From contig CAYGQA010000001.1 in assembly GCA_964352145.1 (NCBI GenBank), positions 152,617 to 216,616 on the forward strand: a stretch of DNA of 64,000 nucleotides, read 5' to 3'. Within the stretch, counting starts at the first letter, position 1. The number at the start of each line of letters is the position of its first letter. This stretch comes from an uncultured Candidatus Peribacteria bacterium. GTDB lineage: Bacteria; Patescibacteriota; Gracilibacteria; JAUYGZ01. The notes beneath the pieces were generated by a model. It was not told the DNA's origin, did no database searches, and was given only the letters and a program-made list of their open reading frames with translations. Below are positions 7,389-16,634 of this stretch, piece by piece. A program made the translations under genes and the position numbers.

Positions 7389-10144
7389 ACCTTCATCCTC
7401 CAAATCAACTTCCTCATCTCCTCTACGAAGAGTACGAGTACTCCAGCTCCTATTACAATTCCCCATTCATTGAGATTGAGGCCTGTTGTCCTAAAGACCT
7501 TTTGAAAGAGAGGGAGATAGAGGATTGCTATTACTAGCAGCATAGAGACGACTATAGAGCCCCAGAGTTGCCAGAGGCTACGAAGCTTGAAGACTGAGTT
7601 ATGGAAACTTCTGGCATTGAAAGCATTGAAAAGTTGAATGATCACCAAGGCAGTAAAAGCAAGACTAGAGGCTTTCTTTTGAATAGGATTATCAGTTGTC
7701 AAAGACTCCCCAAAACTCCAACCATATTGGGTGAGTTCCCAGAAGTAAATCCCGACAACGATTGCTCCTATGAAGATCCCTATGCAAAGGAAATGCGTTA
7801 CGAAGGCTTTATTCATGATACGTTGCTTTTGATCGCGAGGCGCTTTATCCATCACATCTGGCTCTGCATGATCCAGTCCAAGAGCTATCCCTGGTAAGAT
7901 ATCTGTCCCTAGGTCGATGGCTAAGATCAGTGCTGCAGTCAGTGGAGCAGGGATCTGGAAGATAATTGCGGAAAATACCGTCACCAACTCACCGATATTG
8001 CAGGAGAAGATAAACCAGGTGAATTTTTTTAGGTTGGTATAGATCTTCCGCCCTTCTCTCACAGCTGTCACGATACTTGCGAATGAATCGTCGAGAAGGA
8101 TCATATTAGCTGTTTCTTTGCTGACTTCTGTCCCCGTGATCCCCATAGCAATCCCGAGATCTGCTCTCTTCAGAGCTGGAGCGTCATTTACCCCATCTCC
8201 AGTGACGGCCACGATCTCTCCCATACGCTTTAATCTGTCAACAATACGTCTCTTATGCTCTGGATTGACCCGAGAGAAGATAAGAGACTGGTCTTGCATT
8301 GTCTTAGGAGAGGATAGCTCTAGAGCTATCTTTACAGCGTCGGCTGCGACTATGAGGACTTTATCGAGTTGTTTGTCGCTCATCTTATCTATTTCTGTAC
8401 CGGAGTAGACCGGCGTTTTTTCGCTGGCAATGCCAATATCTTTAGCAATCGCTTTTGCTGTCAGGCCGTTATCTCCAGTGATGATGATGGTTCGGATACC
8501 CGCCTTATGACAAAGACCTACCGCTTTTGGTACAGCTGCTCGAGCTGGATCAATCATCCCAGCCAATCCGACGTAGATCAGGTCTTTTTCGAGCTTTTTC
8601 CCCGTCATACCTACTTTGTAGCTGCTAGGGAGTTGTCTGTAAGCGAACCCTATGACTCTCAAAGCCTGTTCAGCAAGGACTTTGTTTTGTTCTAAAATTT
8701 GCTTTTTGTGGGCAGTACTGAGTTTTTGTACTTTTCCATTTAGGAGGATCTTCGAGCATCTTTTGATCAGTTCATCTGGAGCTCCTTTCGTCAGGAGTTC
8801 ATACTTTTGATTTTTCCCTTTTCCCTTTTTACTTACTACTACGCTCATCATCTTCCTTTCACTATCGAAAGGCACTTCTTGTGCGATCTGTAGTTTCGCT
8901 ATCGTAGTTTTCTCAGCAGCTTCCAGTTTTTTTTGAGCTAATGTCAGCAAGGCTCCTTCTGTTGGATCTCCGATGACTCTGTAGGCGGACCCTTTTTTCT
9001 CTAAAACTGCCTCTGAGCAATACTGAGCTACTTCTCTCAACTTTTGGAGATTCTCTTTTTGAAACTTGGCTGATGTTTCTTTCGAGTTCCCAATGTGATT
9101 TTTAGCAATTTTTCCAGCATTTGGATTATACCCACTTCCCTTCACATCTAAGAGTTGATCTATTCCTAAGACGAGTTTCGTCACTGTCATCTCATTTTGA
9201 GTCAAGGTCCCTGTCTTATCACTACAGATGACGGTCGTAGAGCCAAGTGTTTCTATAGATGATAATCGCTTCACCACGGCATTCTTTTTGACCATTTTTT
9301 GTACGCCCAATGCTAAGGCAACAGTGATCGTAGCTGGCAAACCTTCTGGTACTGCTGCAACGGCTACAGATACCGCGAAGAGAAGGGAGTTGATGAAGCT
9401 TTGACCTTGGATAAACACTCCTGTGAGGATGAGAATGGCTGAGATCCCCAAGGTCACTTTTGTGACAAAGACTCCGATGTGAAAGAGTTCTTTTTGGAGA
9501 GGCGATTCATCTTTTACGGTGGTGGTGGTGAGATGTGCTATACGTCCAAATCTTGTTTTCATCCCTATCTCTGTCACTTTCATTTTCCCAGATCCTGCTA
9601 CAACAGTGGTCCCCATCGAGAGTTCATCTTTTATTTGTTTATGCACTGGTACTGATTCACCTGTGAGAGGAGCTTCATCGACTTTTATTTCATTAGACTC
9701 TATCATCACTCCATCAGCTGCGATTTTATCTCCAGCAGCCAATACGATGATATCCCCAGGGACGACATTTTCTGCTTTTATTTGCTGCTTCTGACCATTC
9801 CTTATCACTAAAGTCGTTGGAGAAATGAGCTTTTGTAGTGCTTCAAGGGCTTTCTCTGCTTTGAATTCCTGGAAGAACCCAATCCCTGCATTGATGATCA
9901 CAATCGCAAAAATCACCAAACCATCAATCAAACCGCCTTCTTCACCTTCGAAAAGACCAAATGCAATCGCAATCAGTGCAGAAACCATCAATAAGATTAC
10001 CATTAAGTCCGTAAACTGACGATAGAGCATCTTCCACCAAGGGTTTGGATTTACAGCTGTGAGGACATTTTTGCCGTATTTTTTTTGCAATTTTCGTACA
10101 GCAGCATTGTCGAGACCTTCCATGAGAGATTTTTTAGAAAACAT
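7382..10144 (-). CDS. P-type (P2, Ca2+-type) cation-transporting ATPase
   Basis: Motifs LTGESVPV (TGES), CSDKTGTLT (phosphorylation site), PEGLPA in TM4, and TGDGVNDAPALK hinge. Multiple TM helices at both ends. Confidence 0.9.
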   Translation of the reverse strand: MFSKKSLMEGLDNAAVRKLQKKYGKNVLTAVNPNPWWKMLYRQFTDLMVILLMVSALIAIAFGLFEGEEGGLIDGLVIFAIVIINAGIGFFQEFKAEKALEALQKLISPTTLVIRNGQKQQIKAENVVPGDIIVLAAGDKIAADGVMIESNEIKVDEAPLTGESVPVHKQIKDELSMGTTVVAGSGKMKVTEIGMKTRFGRIAHLTTTTVKDESPLQKELFHIGVFVTKVTLGISAILILTGVFIQGQSFINSLLFAVSVAVAAVPEGLPATITVALALGVQKMVKKNAVVKRLSSIETLGSTTVICSDKTGTLTQNEMTVTKLVLGIDQLLDVKGSGYNPNAGKIAKNHIGNSKETSAKFQKENLQKLREVAQYCSEAVLEKKGSAYRVIGDPTEGALLTLAQKKLEAAEKTTIAKLQIAQEVPFDSERKMMSVVVSKKGKGKNQKYELLTKGAPDELIKRCSKILLNGKVQKLSTAHKKQILEQNKVLAEQALRVIGFAYRQLPSSYKVGMTGKKLEKDLIYVGLAGMIDPARAAVPKAVGLCHKAGIRTIIITGDNGLTAKAIAKDIGIASEKTPVYSGTEIDKMSDKQLDKVLIVAADAVKIALELSSPKTMQDQSLIFSRVNPEHKRRIVDRLKRMGEIVAVTGDGVNDAPALKRADLGIAMGITGTEVSKETANMILLDDSFASIVTAVREGRKIYTNLKKFTWFIFSCNIGELVTVFSAIIFQIPAPLTAALILAIDLGTDILPGIALGLDHAEPDVMDKAPRDQKQRIMNKAFVTHFLCIGIFIGAIVVGIYFWELTQYGWSFGESLTTDNPIQKKASSLAFTALVIIQLFNAFNARSFHNSVFKLRSLWQLWGSIVVSMLLVIAILYLPLFQKVFRTTGLNLNEWGIVIGAGVLVLFVEEMRKLIWRMKVK

Positions 10145-10345
10145 TTTGTCTATTTTCTCATAAGCCTTCGAAATTCGGAATGAAGCGGGCTTGAAGTGGG
10201 GGAGTGAGTAGTGGGTAGTATGTAGTGAGCTTCAAAAATTCTGAAAATTTGAAAATTGATACTTCTTTCCTACAGTCAATTTCACATGATTGATTCAGTA
10301 TCAAAAACAGCTAAAGTAGATACCCTATGAGAGTATTTTGTACAC

Positions 10346-10374
10346 TTGACGAAATATAAACATTTGTATATATT
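10346..10374 (+). promoter_or_regulatory. candidate promoter (TTGACG-17-TATATT)
   Basis: TTGACG 10346-10351, 17-nt spacer, TATATT 10369-10374. ATG at 10404. Confidence 0.45.
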
Positions 10375-10403
10375 TATTGTGAATATTTTGTAATAGATGA
10401 ACC

Positions 10404-10709
10404 ATGGCACTTACCAAAGAGGACATATCACAGATCTCAGAGCTTTTCAATCAAGGCTTCGAGCAACTGATTTTACCTCGTTTTGATATAATAGATCATC
10501 GCTTTGATAAAGTTGATGAACGTTTAAATAAGCTTGAGAAAGGTCAGAAGTCTTTACAGAAAAGCCTTCATGATCATGTTTTTGATAATGAAGAGAAATA
10601 TCAAGAAGCTTATAAAAGTATTGGTCATTATAGAGAAAACACTCCTTCGCGAGACGAATTTAAAAGCTTAAAAGAAAGAGTCTTCAGATTAGAAAAACAT
10701 CATCAATAA
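10404..10709 (+). CDS. hypothetical small helical protein (paralog of 53273..53767)
   Basis: 101 aa. MALTKEDISQI and DHRFDKVDERLNKLE resemble MSLTKNDLQQI and DHRFEKMDIRFEKVDE in the 53273 ORF. Confidence 0.5.
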   Translation: MALTKEDISQISELFNQGFEQLILPRFDIIDHRFDKVDERLNKLEKGQKSLQKSLHDHVFDNEEKYQEAYKSIGHYRENTPSRDEFKSLKERVFRLEKHHQ

Positions 10710-10789
10710 CATTTCTACAATCAATAATTGATAATTTCAGAAGATCTTGTACTATTTCTTTACGAATTATTCTTTTAGAGTTTTGAGCT

Positions 10790-11311
10790 ATGGCCTATGT
10801 CATCTTCGATACAGAAACGACTGGTTTTACTCCTCAAACAGGTGATCGTATCATCGAAATAGCCGCAGTAAGAGTACATAATGGAGTAGTGACAGAGGAA
10901 ACTTTTGATGAGTTAATCAATCCACATCGTCCTATTCCTATGGATTCATTTAAGGTCCACGGGATTAGTAATGAGATGCTTGTAGGAGCAGCAGATGCTG
11001 CTGAGGTAATCCCACGTTTTTTGGATTTTGTGGGACAAGACACCCTCGTGGCACATAATGCAGAGTTTGATATGGCTTTCCTTCACCATGAGATGAGTCT
11101 TTTACATCTTGATATCTCTCAACTGCCAAATACCATCTGTACTGTTAGGATGTCTCGAAAAGAATTACCTGATCTGCCCAGACACAATCTTGATGCCTTA
11201 ACAAAACACTTTGGAATAAACGTAGAGAGAAGACATAGGGCCTTAGATGACGTGATAGCGACTGCCGAGATTTTCTTGAAGATTCATAAAGAGGAGCCGA
11301 CATTATTTTAA
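10790..11311 (+). CDS. DnaQ-like 3'-5' exonuclease (DEDDh family)
   Basis: Exo motifs IFDTETTG, HNAEFDMAFL and HRALDDV. Confidence 0.8.
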   Translation: MAYVIFDTETTGFTPQTGDRIIEIAAVRVHNGVVTEETFDELINPHRPIPMDSFKVHGISNEMLVGAADAAEVIPRFLDFVGQDTLVAHNAEFDMAFLHHEMSLLHLDISQLPNTICTVRMSRKELPDLPRHNLDALTKHFGINVERRHRALDDVIATAEIFLKIHKEEPTLF

Positions 11312-11407
11312 AGGAGAAGAATTTATACAGGCCAAAATTCATAAGGTACAAGGTCCAAATTCCAAGTTCCAAGGAAAGTCCGAAGCTCAATATCCAAAAA
11401 AAATCTT

Positions 11408-11468
11408 GCTAGCCCTTCTTTTTTGAAAAAGAGAAGGGCAGCCGATGCGAAGCAAGGCGGGATGAGAG
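11408..11468. repeat. CTCACC-hairpin repeat family, solo copy
   Basis: Hairpin gcccttcttttt-tga-aaaaagagaagggc, followed by ...aaggcgggatgagag. The reverse complement aligns by eye with copies at 32298, 32358 and 48498. Confidence 0.6.
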
Positions 11469-11579
11469 TATTAAGGACCAAGTGTTAAGGTCCAAAGATA
11501 AAGGATACCTTAAGCATTCTTCATTTTGTAAATAGGACAGTTTCTAGTTATCCATCGTATGTAAGCTATCCTTCTTTAT

Positions 11580-12053
11580 ATGGACACCCAAATGGATCGA
11601 AAAACTCAAAGAGCTCTGCAATTCGCCATCAAGTCCATCATGTATAAGCGCCAAAGTGTCGCAGAAATGACAGAACGTCTCGAAGAACGCCATCCCGGTG
11701 CTGATGGAGTAGCAGTAATCCAACGCTTAATAGAGCTTGATTACCTGAATGACCAAGCCTATTGCTCTGCTTTTATCAGACATAGGAGTCTCAGCTCTCC
11801 GAGGGGGAAATACCTTCTCTCTCAGGAACTCCGGAGGAAAGGGATAGGGTCTGATGAGATTACTTTGAGCTTAGAGAGCTTTGAAGAGAAGGAAATCATC
11901 CATGACTTAGCGCTTAATAAATGGAACAAACTCCATCGTTCTCCTTTAAAAAAACGTAAAGATCAATTGATGAGATTCCTTGCGAGTAGAGGTTTTGCTA
12001 TCTCAGAGGTAATAAACACCGTAAATACAATTGCCCAAGAAGGAGAAGAATGA
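11580..12053 (+). CDS. recX: RecX family regulatory protein
   Basis: 157 aa. Shows the RecX-type pattern YLNDQAYCSAFIRHR...GKYLLSQELRRKGI with repeated three-helix units. Confidence 0.7.
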   Translation: MDTQMDRKTQRALQFAIKSIMYKRQSVAEMTERLEERHPGADGVAVIQRLIELDYLNDQAYCSAFIRHRSLSSPRGKYLLSQELRRKGIGSDEITLSLESFEEKEIIHDLALNKWNKLHRSPLKKRKDQLMRFLASRGFAISEVINTVNTIAQEGEE

Positions 12054-12160
12054 TATACTTACTACGTAATGATGATTAGAAGTGAATCAGACTCCTCGTG
12101 AGTGTGGTTTTTTTGTTGTTTCTTTATTACTTATCAATTTTCCTTTCTAACTTAACAGAT

Positions 12161-13663
12161 ATGCAATCAAAATTTATGGCTGCCATTAATCAGTTGGCAT
12201 CCGAAAAAAATCTTCCTAAAGAAAAAGTCGTCGATATCGTAACCCATGCTCTCCGAGCGGCTTACCGTAAAGACTATGGGAACCGAGAACAAAATATCAA
12301 AGTCACTATCGATGAAGATACAGCGATAGCGACGGTATATATGATCAAAGAAGTCATCGGAGATGATGATGAGATGGAGTTTCCAGATCGACAGGCCACT
12401 GTGACTGAAGCGAAAAAATTTAAAAAAGATGCTAAGGTAGGGGATATCATAGAAATGGATGTCACACCTGCTGATTATGGTCGTATCGCTGCACAAAGTG
12501 CGAAACAAGTGATCATCCAACGAATACAAGAAGCTGAAAAAGATATCATCACTGATATGTATAAAGATCGAGAACATGAAATCCTCAACGGATATGTGAA
12601 TCGTGTTGAAGGACCTAATGTCTATGTCGATCTTGACCGTACTCAAGCTATCTTACGCCCACAAGATCAGATTCGACGTGAAAACTATAGCAATGGACAG
12701 CGTATTAAAGTCTATCTAGAGAAAGTGGTTGCATCTCCAAAAGGTCCTCGTCTTCTTATTTCACGTTCTCATCCAAAACTCGTGAACTGTTTGCTAGAGC
12801 TGGAAATCCCAGAAGTCAGAGAAGGAGTCGTTGAAATCAAAAATGTTGCTCGAGAAGCTGGTGTTAGATCTAAAGTAACGGTGACCTCAAATGATCCAAA
12901 TGTAGACCCTATTGGAGCTTGTGTTGGACAAAAAGGGGTTCGTATTCAGAGTATTATGGAAGAGTTTAATGGAGAACGAATCGATATCATCCAGCACTCT
13001 GAAGATGAGATCGTCATGCTTAATGCAGCTCTTGCTCCAGCAAAAATCTCTCATATTAACCTTGATGAAACCAATAAAAGAGCTCAAGTCTTCGTGCCTG
13101 TAGAGGAGAGAGCACTTGCTATCGGTAAAGGTGGTCAAAATGTTCGTTTAGCTTCAATGCTTACTGGATGGGAAATAGATATCATCGATCTCGATAAGCT
13201 TGATACTGCTACTCTTGATGAAGTGAAGAAGAAGCAGGTTGAAAACAAACTTAAAGGAGAAGATGCAAAAGGACCAAAAGCAAAACAAGAAAAAGTTGTT
13301 ATGCCTGTGGCTGCTGAAGATATTAAAGACCTTCCAGGGGTTTCAGCTGAAGTTGCTGAAAAACTTGAAGCTGCTGGATTTATGAAGAGTATCCAACTGA
13401 TGGGGCTTAACGCAGCTGCTATGACAGCTATCGAAGGGATCACTCAAGAAGAAGCTGAAATGGTTGAACAAGCTTTGAAAGGAAAACCAGAAGAACCAGC
13501 AGAAAAGGAAGCTAAAGAAAATGTTGAAACTGAAGAAAATGCAGCTGAACCTGAAGCGGCTGAAGAAGAAGTAAAGGAAAAGAAAGCAAAGAAGGTGAAA
13601 AAGGAGGAGAAGGAGGAGAAAGAGGAGAAAGAGGATGGTGAGGAAAAAGAAGAAGAGAAATAA
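12161..13663 (+). CDS. nusA: transcription termination/antitermination factor NusA with K/E-rich C-terminal tail
   Basis: N-terminal, S1 and two KH regions (IGACVGQKGVRIQ, AIGKGGQNVRLAS). Start placed at ATG 12161, because the track start at 12098 is a GTG preceding hydrophobic junk. Confidence 0.9.
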   Translation: MQSKFMAAINQLASEKNLPKEKVVDIVTHALRAAYRKDYGNREQNIKVTIDEDTAIATVYMIKEVIGDDDEMEFPDRQATVTEAKKFKKDAKVGDIIEMDVTPADYGRIAAQSAKQVIIQRIQEAEKDIITDMYKDREHEILNGYVNRVEGPNVYVDLDRTQAILRPQDQIRRENYSNGQRIKVYLEKVVASPKGPRLLISRSHPKLVNCLLELEIPEVREGVVEIKNVAREAGVRSKVTVTSNDPNVDPIGACVGQKGVRIQSIMEEFNGERIDIIQHSEDEIVMLNAALAPAKISHINLDETNKRAQVFVPVEERALAIGKGGQNVRLASMLTGWEIDIIDLDKLDTATLDEVKKKQVENKLKGEDAKGPKAKQEKVVMPVAAEDIKDLPGVSAEVAEKLEAAGFMKSIQLMGLNAAAMTAIEGITQEEAEMVEQALKGKPEEPAEKEAKENVETEENAAEPEAAEEEVKEKKAKKVKKEEKEEKEEKEDGEEKEEEK

Positions 13664-13672
13664 GACTTGATC

Positions 13673-13707
13673 AAAAAAGACGGGGATGTATATCCTCGTC
13701 TTTTTTT
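13673..13707 (+). terminator. intrinsic terminator after nusA
   Basis: GACGGGGA-N6-TCCTCGTC: an 8-bp stem with one G-U pair, followed by TTTTTTT (13701-13707). Confidence 0.7.
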
Positions 13708-13862
13708 GATAGAGAAAAACCATATATCACCTAACAATTAAAGATTCTCTATTACCTACACGATGACGAACTATGCAGACAACAGTATATCTCTCTAAAA
13801 ACACCTCTTTACTTTTTTAGCTGACTTTGAAGAGCTATACTTCTCACAAATCACTCACTCAA

Positions 13863-13980
13863 ATGCACAGAAATTCTATCATGATGATGATGCCTGTACT
13901 GCTCGACCCGAGCTAGAGTGTTTGTGAAAATTAACTTTCCTCATTCTCTTAGCTTGGCTAAGAGGAGTTTTTTATTTTAT
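13863..13980 (+). promoter_or_regulatory. candidate leader-peptide attenuator (MHRNSIMMMMPVLLDPS plus alternative hairpins plus terminator)
   Basis: Short ORF 13863-13916 has four consecutive ATG codons (13881-13892). It is followed by mutually exclusive pairings 13901-05/13909-13, 13912-18/13946-53 and 13946-53/13957-64, then a U-tract. See findings. Confidence 0.35.
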
Positions 13981-13988
13981 TTTTTCTT

Positions 13989-15050
13989 ATGTCACTTTCA
14001 AATTCACGTCTTTCATTTTTAGACGCTAACAGTAAGGATAAAGCTGTGGTGCCCAGTTCTTCTACTCAGGCTCTTCGAAATATCCCAGGACAGCTAAGCG
14101 GATGGGCATCTATACAGGATCCAGATATCCAGGGTGCTATGACCGAGCTCCATCTCCAAGATCTTCAAGCTGGAGCGAGCTTCGCTGTGACTGGCACCTG
14201 CGGTATGGGAGTAAGAAGAGTGAGAGAAAAAAATGATCTTCAGTCCTTTCCAAAAGGGATCCAAACTCTAAGTGGTCTGGAAGACTTCGTCTCTGACTCC
14301 AACGAGAAAGCCCTCAAGTCAGCACTAAGTGCTCGAGACCAATATGAACAAGAACATCAAGAAGCAGCTGCTGTGCTTGGCTCAATCGTCACGAGTAGTG
14401 ATTGCTATGACCCGAGGAAGAAAAAGCCTTTTGATCTTGGTAAGCATGGATCTCATGAGTCGGTGATAAATGCCTATAGAGAAGATCACATTGCCCAAAT
14501 ATCCGGTCTCACGAGTGACCCAAACAGGAAAGTGGATGCTCTTTTAATCGAAGCTGGAGGTGTTTCATTTCATGAGCTTTTAGCTATCGCTATGCTCTCA
14601 AGTGAATCTGAAACTCCGCTTATCGCAAGCTTAGTAGTGAATGATCAAGGAGACATCTTAGATCCTGATTTCACAGGAAGCTTGGAAGGTATTTCTCGAG
14701 AGCTACGAAGTATACTCGGCCCTCTTTTTCTTGGACTTGGACTGAACTGCAATAGCCATGAGGCCACTTTACAGGCATTACGAAAAGACAAGTCTTCTGA
14801 AATCAGGATGGTCTACCCTAACCAAGCACAGTTGAATACTGATCAAAGAGCGCGACATGCCTTTACGGAAGCTCGTAGTGCTTCAATTGATGAAGAAGTA
14901 CAATTTGCGGAGACTCTTTTGAAAGATTTTGAGCATGTATGTGTGATTGGTTGCTGTTGTAGAGATGAAAGAAGTGAAGTTCTAATTCACTCCTTTCGAC
15001 AGCTGATTGAAACTCGTTTTGCACCGATAAAGCAGCTCAGGTTCTCCTAG
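13989..15050 (+). CDS. homocysteine S-methyltransferase-family (Hcy-binding domain) protein
   Basis: PF02574-like landmarks: LQAGASFAVTGT (AGAdiixTnT), GLNC (Zn Cys), MVYPNQA (vyPNaG) and IGCCC (GGCC Zn Cys pair). Confidence 0.55.
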   Translation: MSLSNSRLSFLDANSKDKAVVPSSSTQALRNIPGQLSGWASIQDPDIQGAMTELHLQDLQAGASFAVTGTCGMGVRRVREKNDLQSFPKGIQTLSGLEDFVSDSNEKALKSALSARDQYEQEHQEAAAVLGSIVTSSDCYDPRKKKPFDLGKHGSHESVINAYREDHIAQISGLTSDPNRKVDALLIEAGGVSFHELLAIAMLSSESETPLIASLVVNDQGDILDPDFTGSLEGISRELRSILGPLFLGLGLNCNSHEATLQALRKDKSSEIRMVYPNQAQLNTDQRARHAFTEARSASIDEEVQFAETLLKDFEHVCVIGCCCRDERSEVLIHSFRQLIETRFAPIKQLRFS

Positions 15051-15082
15051 TATGATATACTATTGACCCTCTAATACTCCTT

Positions 15083-15466
15083 ATGAGTCACCTTTCTGTC
15101 ACAAAAATTTTTGAATTTGCTGCATCACATTTCCTTACCAAATATCATGGAAAATGTGAAAACTTACATGGCCACAACTATAAACTAGAAGTGACTGTAG
15201 TAGGTGAATTAAATGAAGATGACTTGGTGCTGGACTTTGTTCTTTTGAAAAAAATAGTCAAAGAGAAGATCATAGATAAGCTCGATCATACTCACTTGAA
15301 TGATACATTTGACAACCCTTCGGCAGAAGTTATCGCCATATGGATCTGGGAGCAACTTGAGTCAGAGCTCAGTTTGCATGAGATCAAACTCTGGGAAACG
15401 TCGACCTGTTTTGTCACTTACCGTGGAAAAAATGGATTCAATAGTCCTCAGCCTGGGAACAAATAA
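15083..15466 (+). CDS. 6-pyruvoyl-tetrahydropterin synthase / QueD-family protein (possible FolB-replacing PTPS-III type)
   Basis: Motifs FAASHFL, KCENLHGHNYKLEV and LDHTHLND. Its last 35 nt overlap the folK start. Confidence 0.8.
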   Translation: MSHLSVTKIFEFAASHFLTKYHGKCENLHGHNYKLEVTVVGELNEDDLVLDFVLLKKIVKEKIIDKLDHTHLNDTFDNPSAEVIAIWIWEQLESELSLHEIKLWETSTCFVTYRGKNGFNSPQPGNK

Positions 15467-15914
15467 AGGAGATCGAGAAGCTTATCTAGAGCAAGCTCAT
15501 GAGCTTCTCAAAGGTAAAGGGATCTCTGTCCTTAAAGCATCTTCAGTCTACGAATCAGAACCTGTTGGGTATGCTGATCAGGGTGACTTTTTAAATCAGC
15601 TCCTTATAGTAGAGACGACATTAAAGTCAGAAGAGTTGCTCAAAACTTGTCTTGGCATAGAATCAGAAATGGGAAGAGTAAGAAGCATTAAAAATGGCCC
15701 AAGAGTCATTGATATAGACCTTCTTTTTTATCATGATGAAGTATCTGACAAGGAAGATCTTATCTTACCTCACCCTAGGATATCAGAACGTCTCTTTGTC
15801 TTAATCCCATTAGTGGAATTACTCGCTCATGAAATACACCCAATAATAGGGGTCAGCTCTCAAAAATTATTAGAGAACTGCAAAGATCAGAGCAAAGTGG
15901 AAAAATACAAGTAA
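15432..15914 (+). CDS. folK: 2-amino-4-hydroxy-6-hydroxymethyldihydropteridine diphosphokinase (HPPK)
   Basis: Motifs LGTNKGD, YESEPVG, NGPRVIDIDLL and LILPHPRISERLFVLIPL. Start set at ATG 15432, because the track ORF beginning at 15300 starts inside the PTPS gene. Confidence 0.85.
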   Translation: MDSIVLSLGTNKGDREAYLEQAHELLKGKGISVLKASSVYESEPVGYADQGDFLNQLLIVETTLKSEELLKTCLGIESEMGRVRSIKNGPRVIDIDLLFYHDEVSDKEDLILPHPRISERLFVLIPLVELLAHEIHPIIGVSSQKLLENCKDQSKVEKYK

Positions 15915-15986
15915 GTAAGAGCTTCAATATGCTCAGTATTTTTTCTCTAAGAGTTTTAAGATGATTACTTCAATGACATTTAAAAA

Positions 15987-16014
15987 TTGAAATATACTTA
16001 ATTTATCGTATACT
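15987..16014 (+). promoter_or_regulatory. candidate promoter (TTGAAA-16-TATACT)
   Basis: TTGAAA 15987-15992, 16-nt spacer, TATACT 16009-16014. folE ATG at 16039. Confidence 0.4.
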
Positions 16015-16038
16015 TAAGCCTCAAAATACTCTTCCATC

Positions 16039-16632
16039 ATGAACCATTCTCTCAAACAGATTGTAGAAAAGATGCCAACTCCTGGAATGAGTGAAGAGAC
16101 TTTTAAAGAATGGATTCGATCACTTGGAGAAGATCCTGAAAGAGAAGGTCTCCAAGATACCTATCGCCGTTTCACCGAGAGTCGACAAGAGCTCTTCTCT
16201 GGATACCATGTCGACCCCGCTTCAGTGATGACGCTTTTTGATTCTGAAGGATATGATGAGATGGTCATCTGTCGTGACATCGATTTTTTTTCTACCTGTG
16301 AGCACCACTTGCTGCCATTTTATGGACGTGCACATATCGGATATATCCCTGATAAGAAGATCGTTGGATTATCTAAATTTTCTCGAGTGATAGACGTCTT
16401 CGCAAGACGCATGCAAAACCAAGAACGACTGACTACTCAGATTGCTGACTTCTTCATGGAGCAGCTCAAGCCTAGGGGCCTAGGAGTCATCCTTGAAGCA
16501 GAACATCTATGTATCAAATCAAGAGGAGCAGACAAACAAAACTCTGAAGTAACGACTTCATCATTTCAAGGACTCCTCAAGAAACGACCAGAAACCCGCT
16601 CAGAGTTTCTTCATCTCGTTCGCAAATCTTAA
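16039..16632 (+). CDS. folE: GTP cyclohydrolase I
   Basis: Motifs STCEHHLLPFYG, HIGYIP and RRMQNQERLT. Confidence 0.9.
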   Translation: MNHSLKQIVEKMPTPGMSEETFKEWIRSLGEDPEREGLQDTYRRFTESRQELFSGYHVDPASVMTLFDSEGYDEMVICRDIDFFSTCEHHLLPFYGRAHIGYIPDKKIVGLSKFSRVIDVFARRMQNQERLTTQIADFFMEQLKPRGLGVILEAEHLCIKSRGADKQNSEVTTSSFQGLLKKRPETRSEFLHLVRKS

Positions 16633-16634
16633 GT

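Noticed and set aside
7107-7505. 132-aa ORF (and antisense 7248..7466) with RIGRIGRIG repeats.
   Set aside because: It is a translation of three stacked tandem DNA repeats in an intergenic spacer, and it overlaps the ATPase 3' end.
12098-12160. Upstream alternative starts given in the track for nusA. The same issue applies to folK (15300), pabC (18501), the GAF gene (20182), metG (20874), the HD gene (22372), DUF559 (32420), acyP (41342), asnS (53072) and dus (58957).
   Set aside because: These are GTG/TTG or upstream ATG extensions. They add hydrophobic or junk residues, overlap the preceding gene, or fall inside promoter or repeat elements. Downstream ATGs align with the conserved N-termini of the families.
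13135-13737. Several 97-126-aa minus-strand ORFs rich in F/S/L.
   Set aside because: They are antisense translations of the K/E-rich low-complexity tail of nusA.
13741-13860. Known riboswitch (SAM, SAH, THF) or T-box in the long leader of the Hcy-methyltransferase-like gene.
   Set aside because: I could not find the conserved cores of these classes by eye, such as the T-box 14-mer, the SAM-I GA/kink-turn pattern or the THF pseudoknot strings. A covariance-model scan is still required to be certain.
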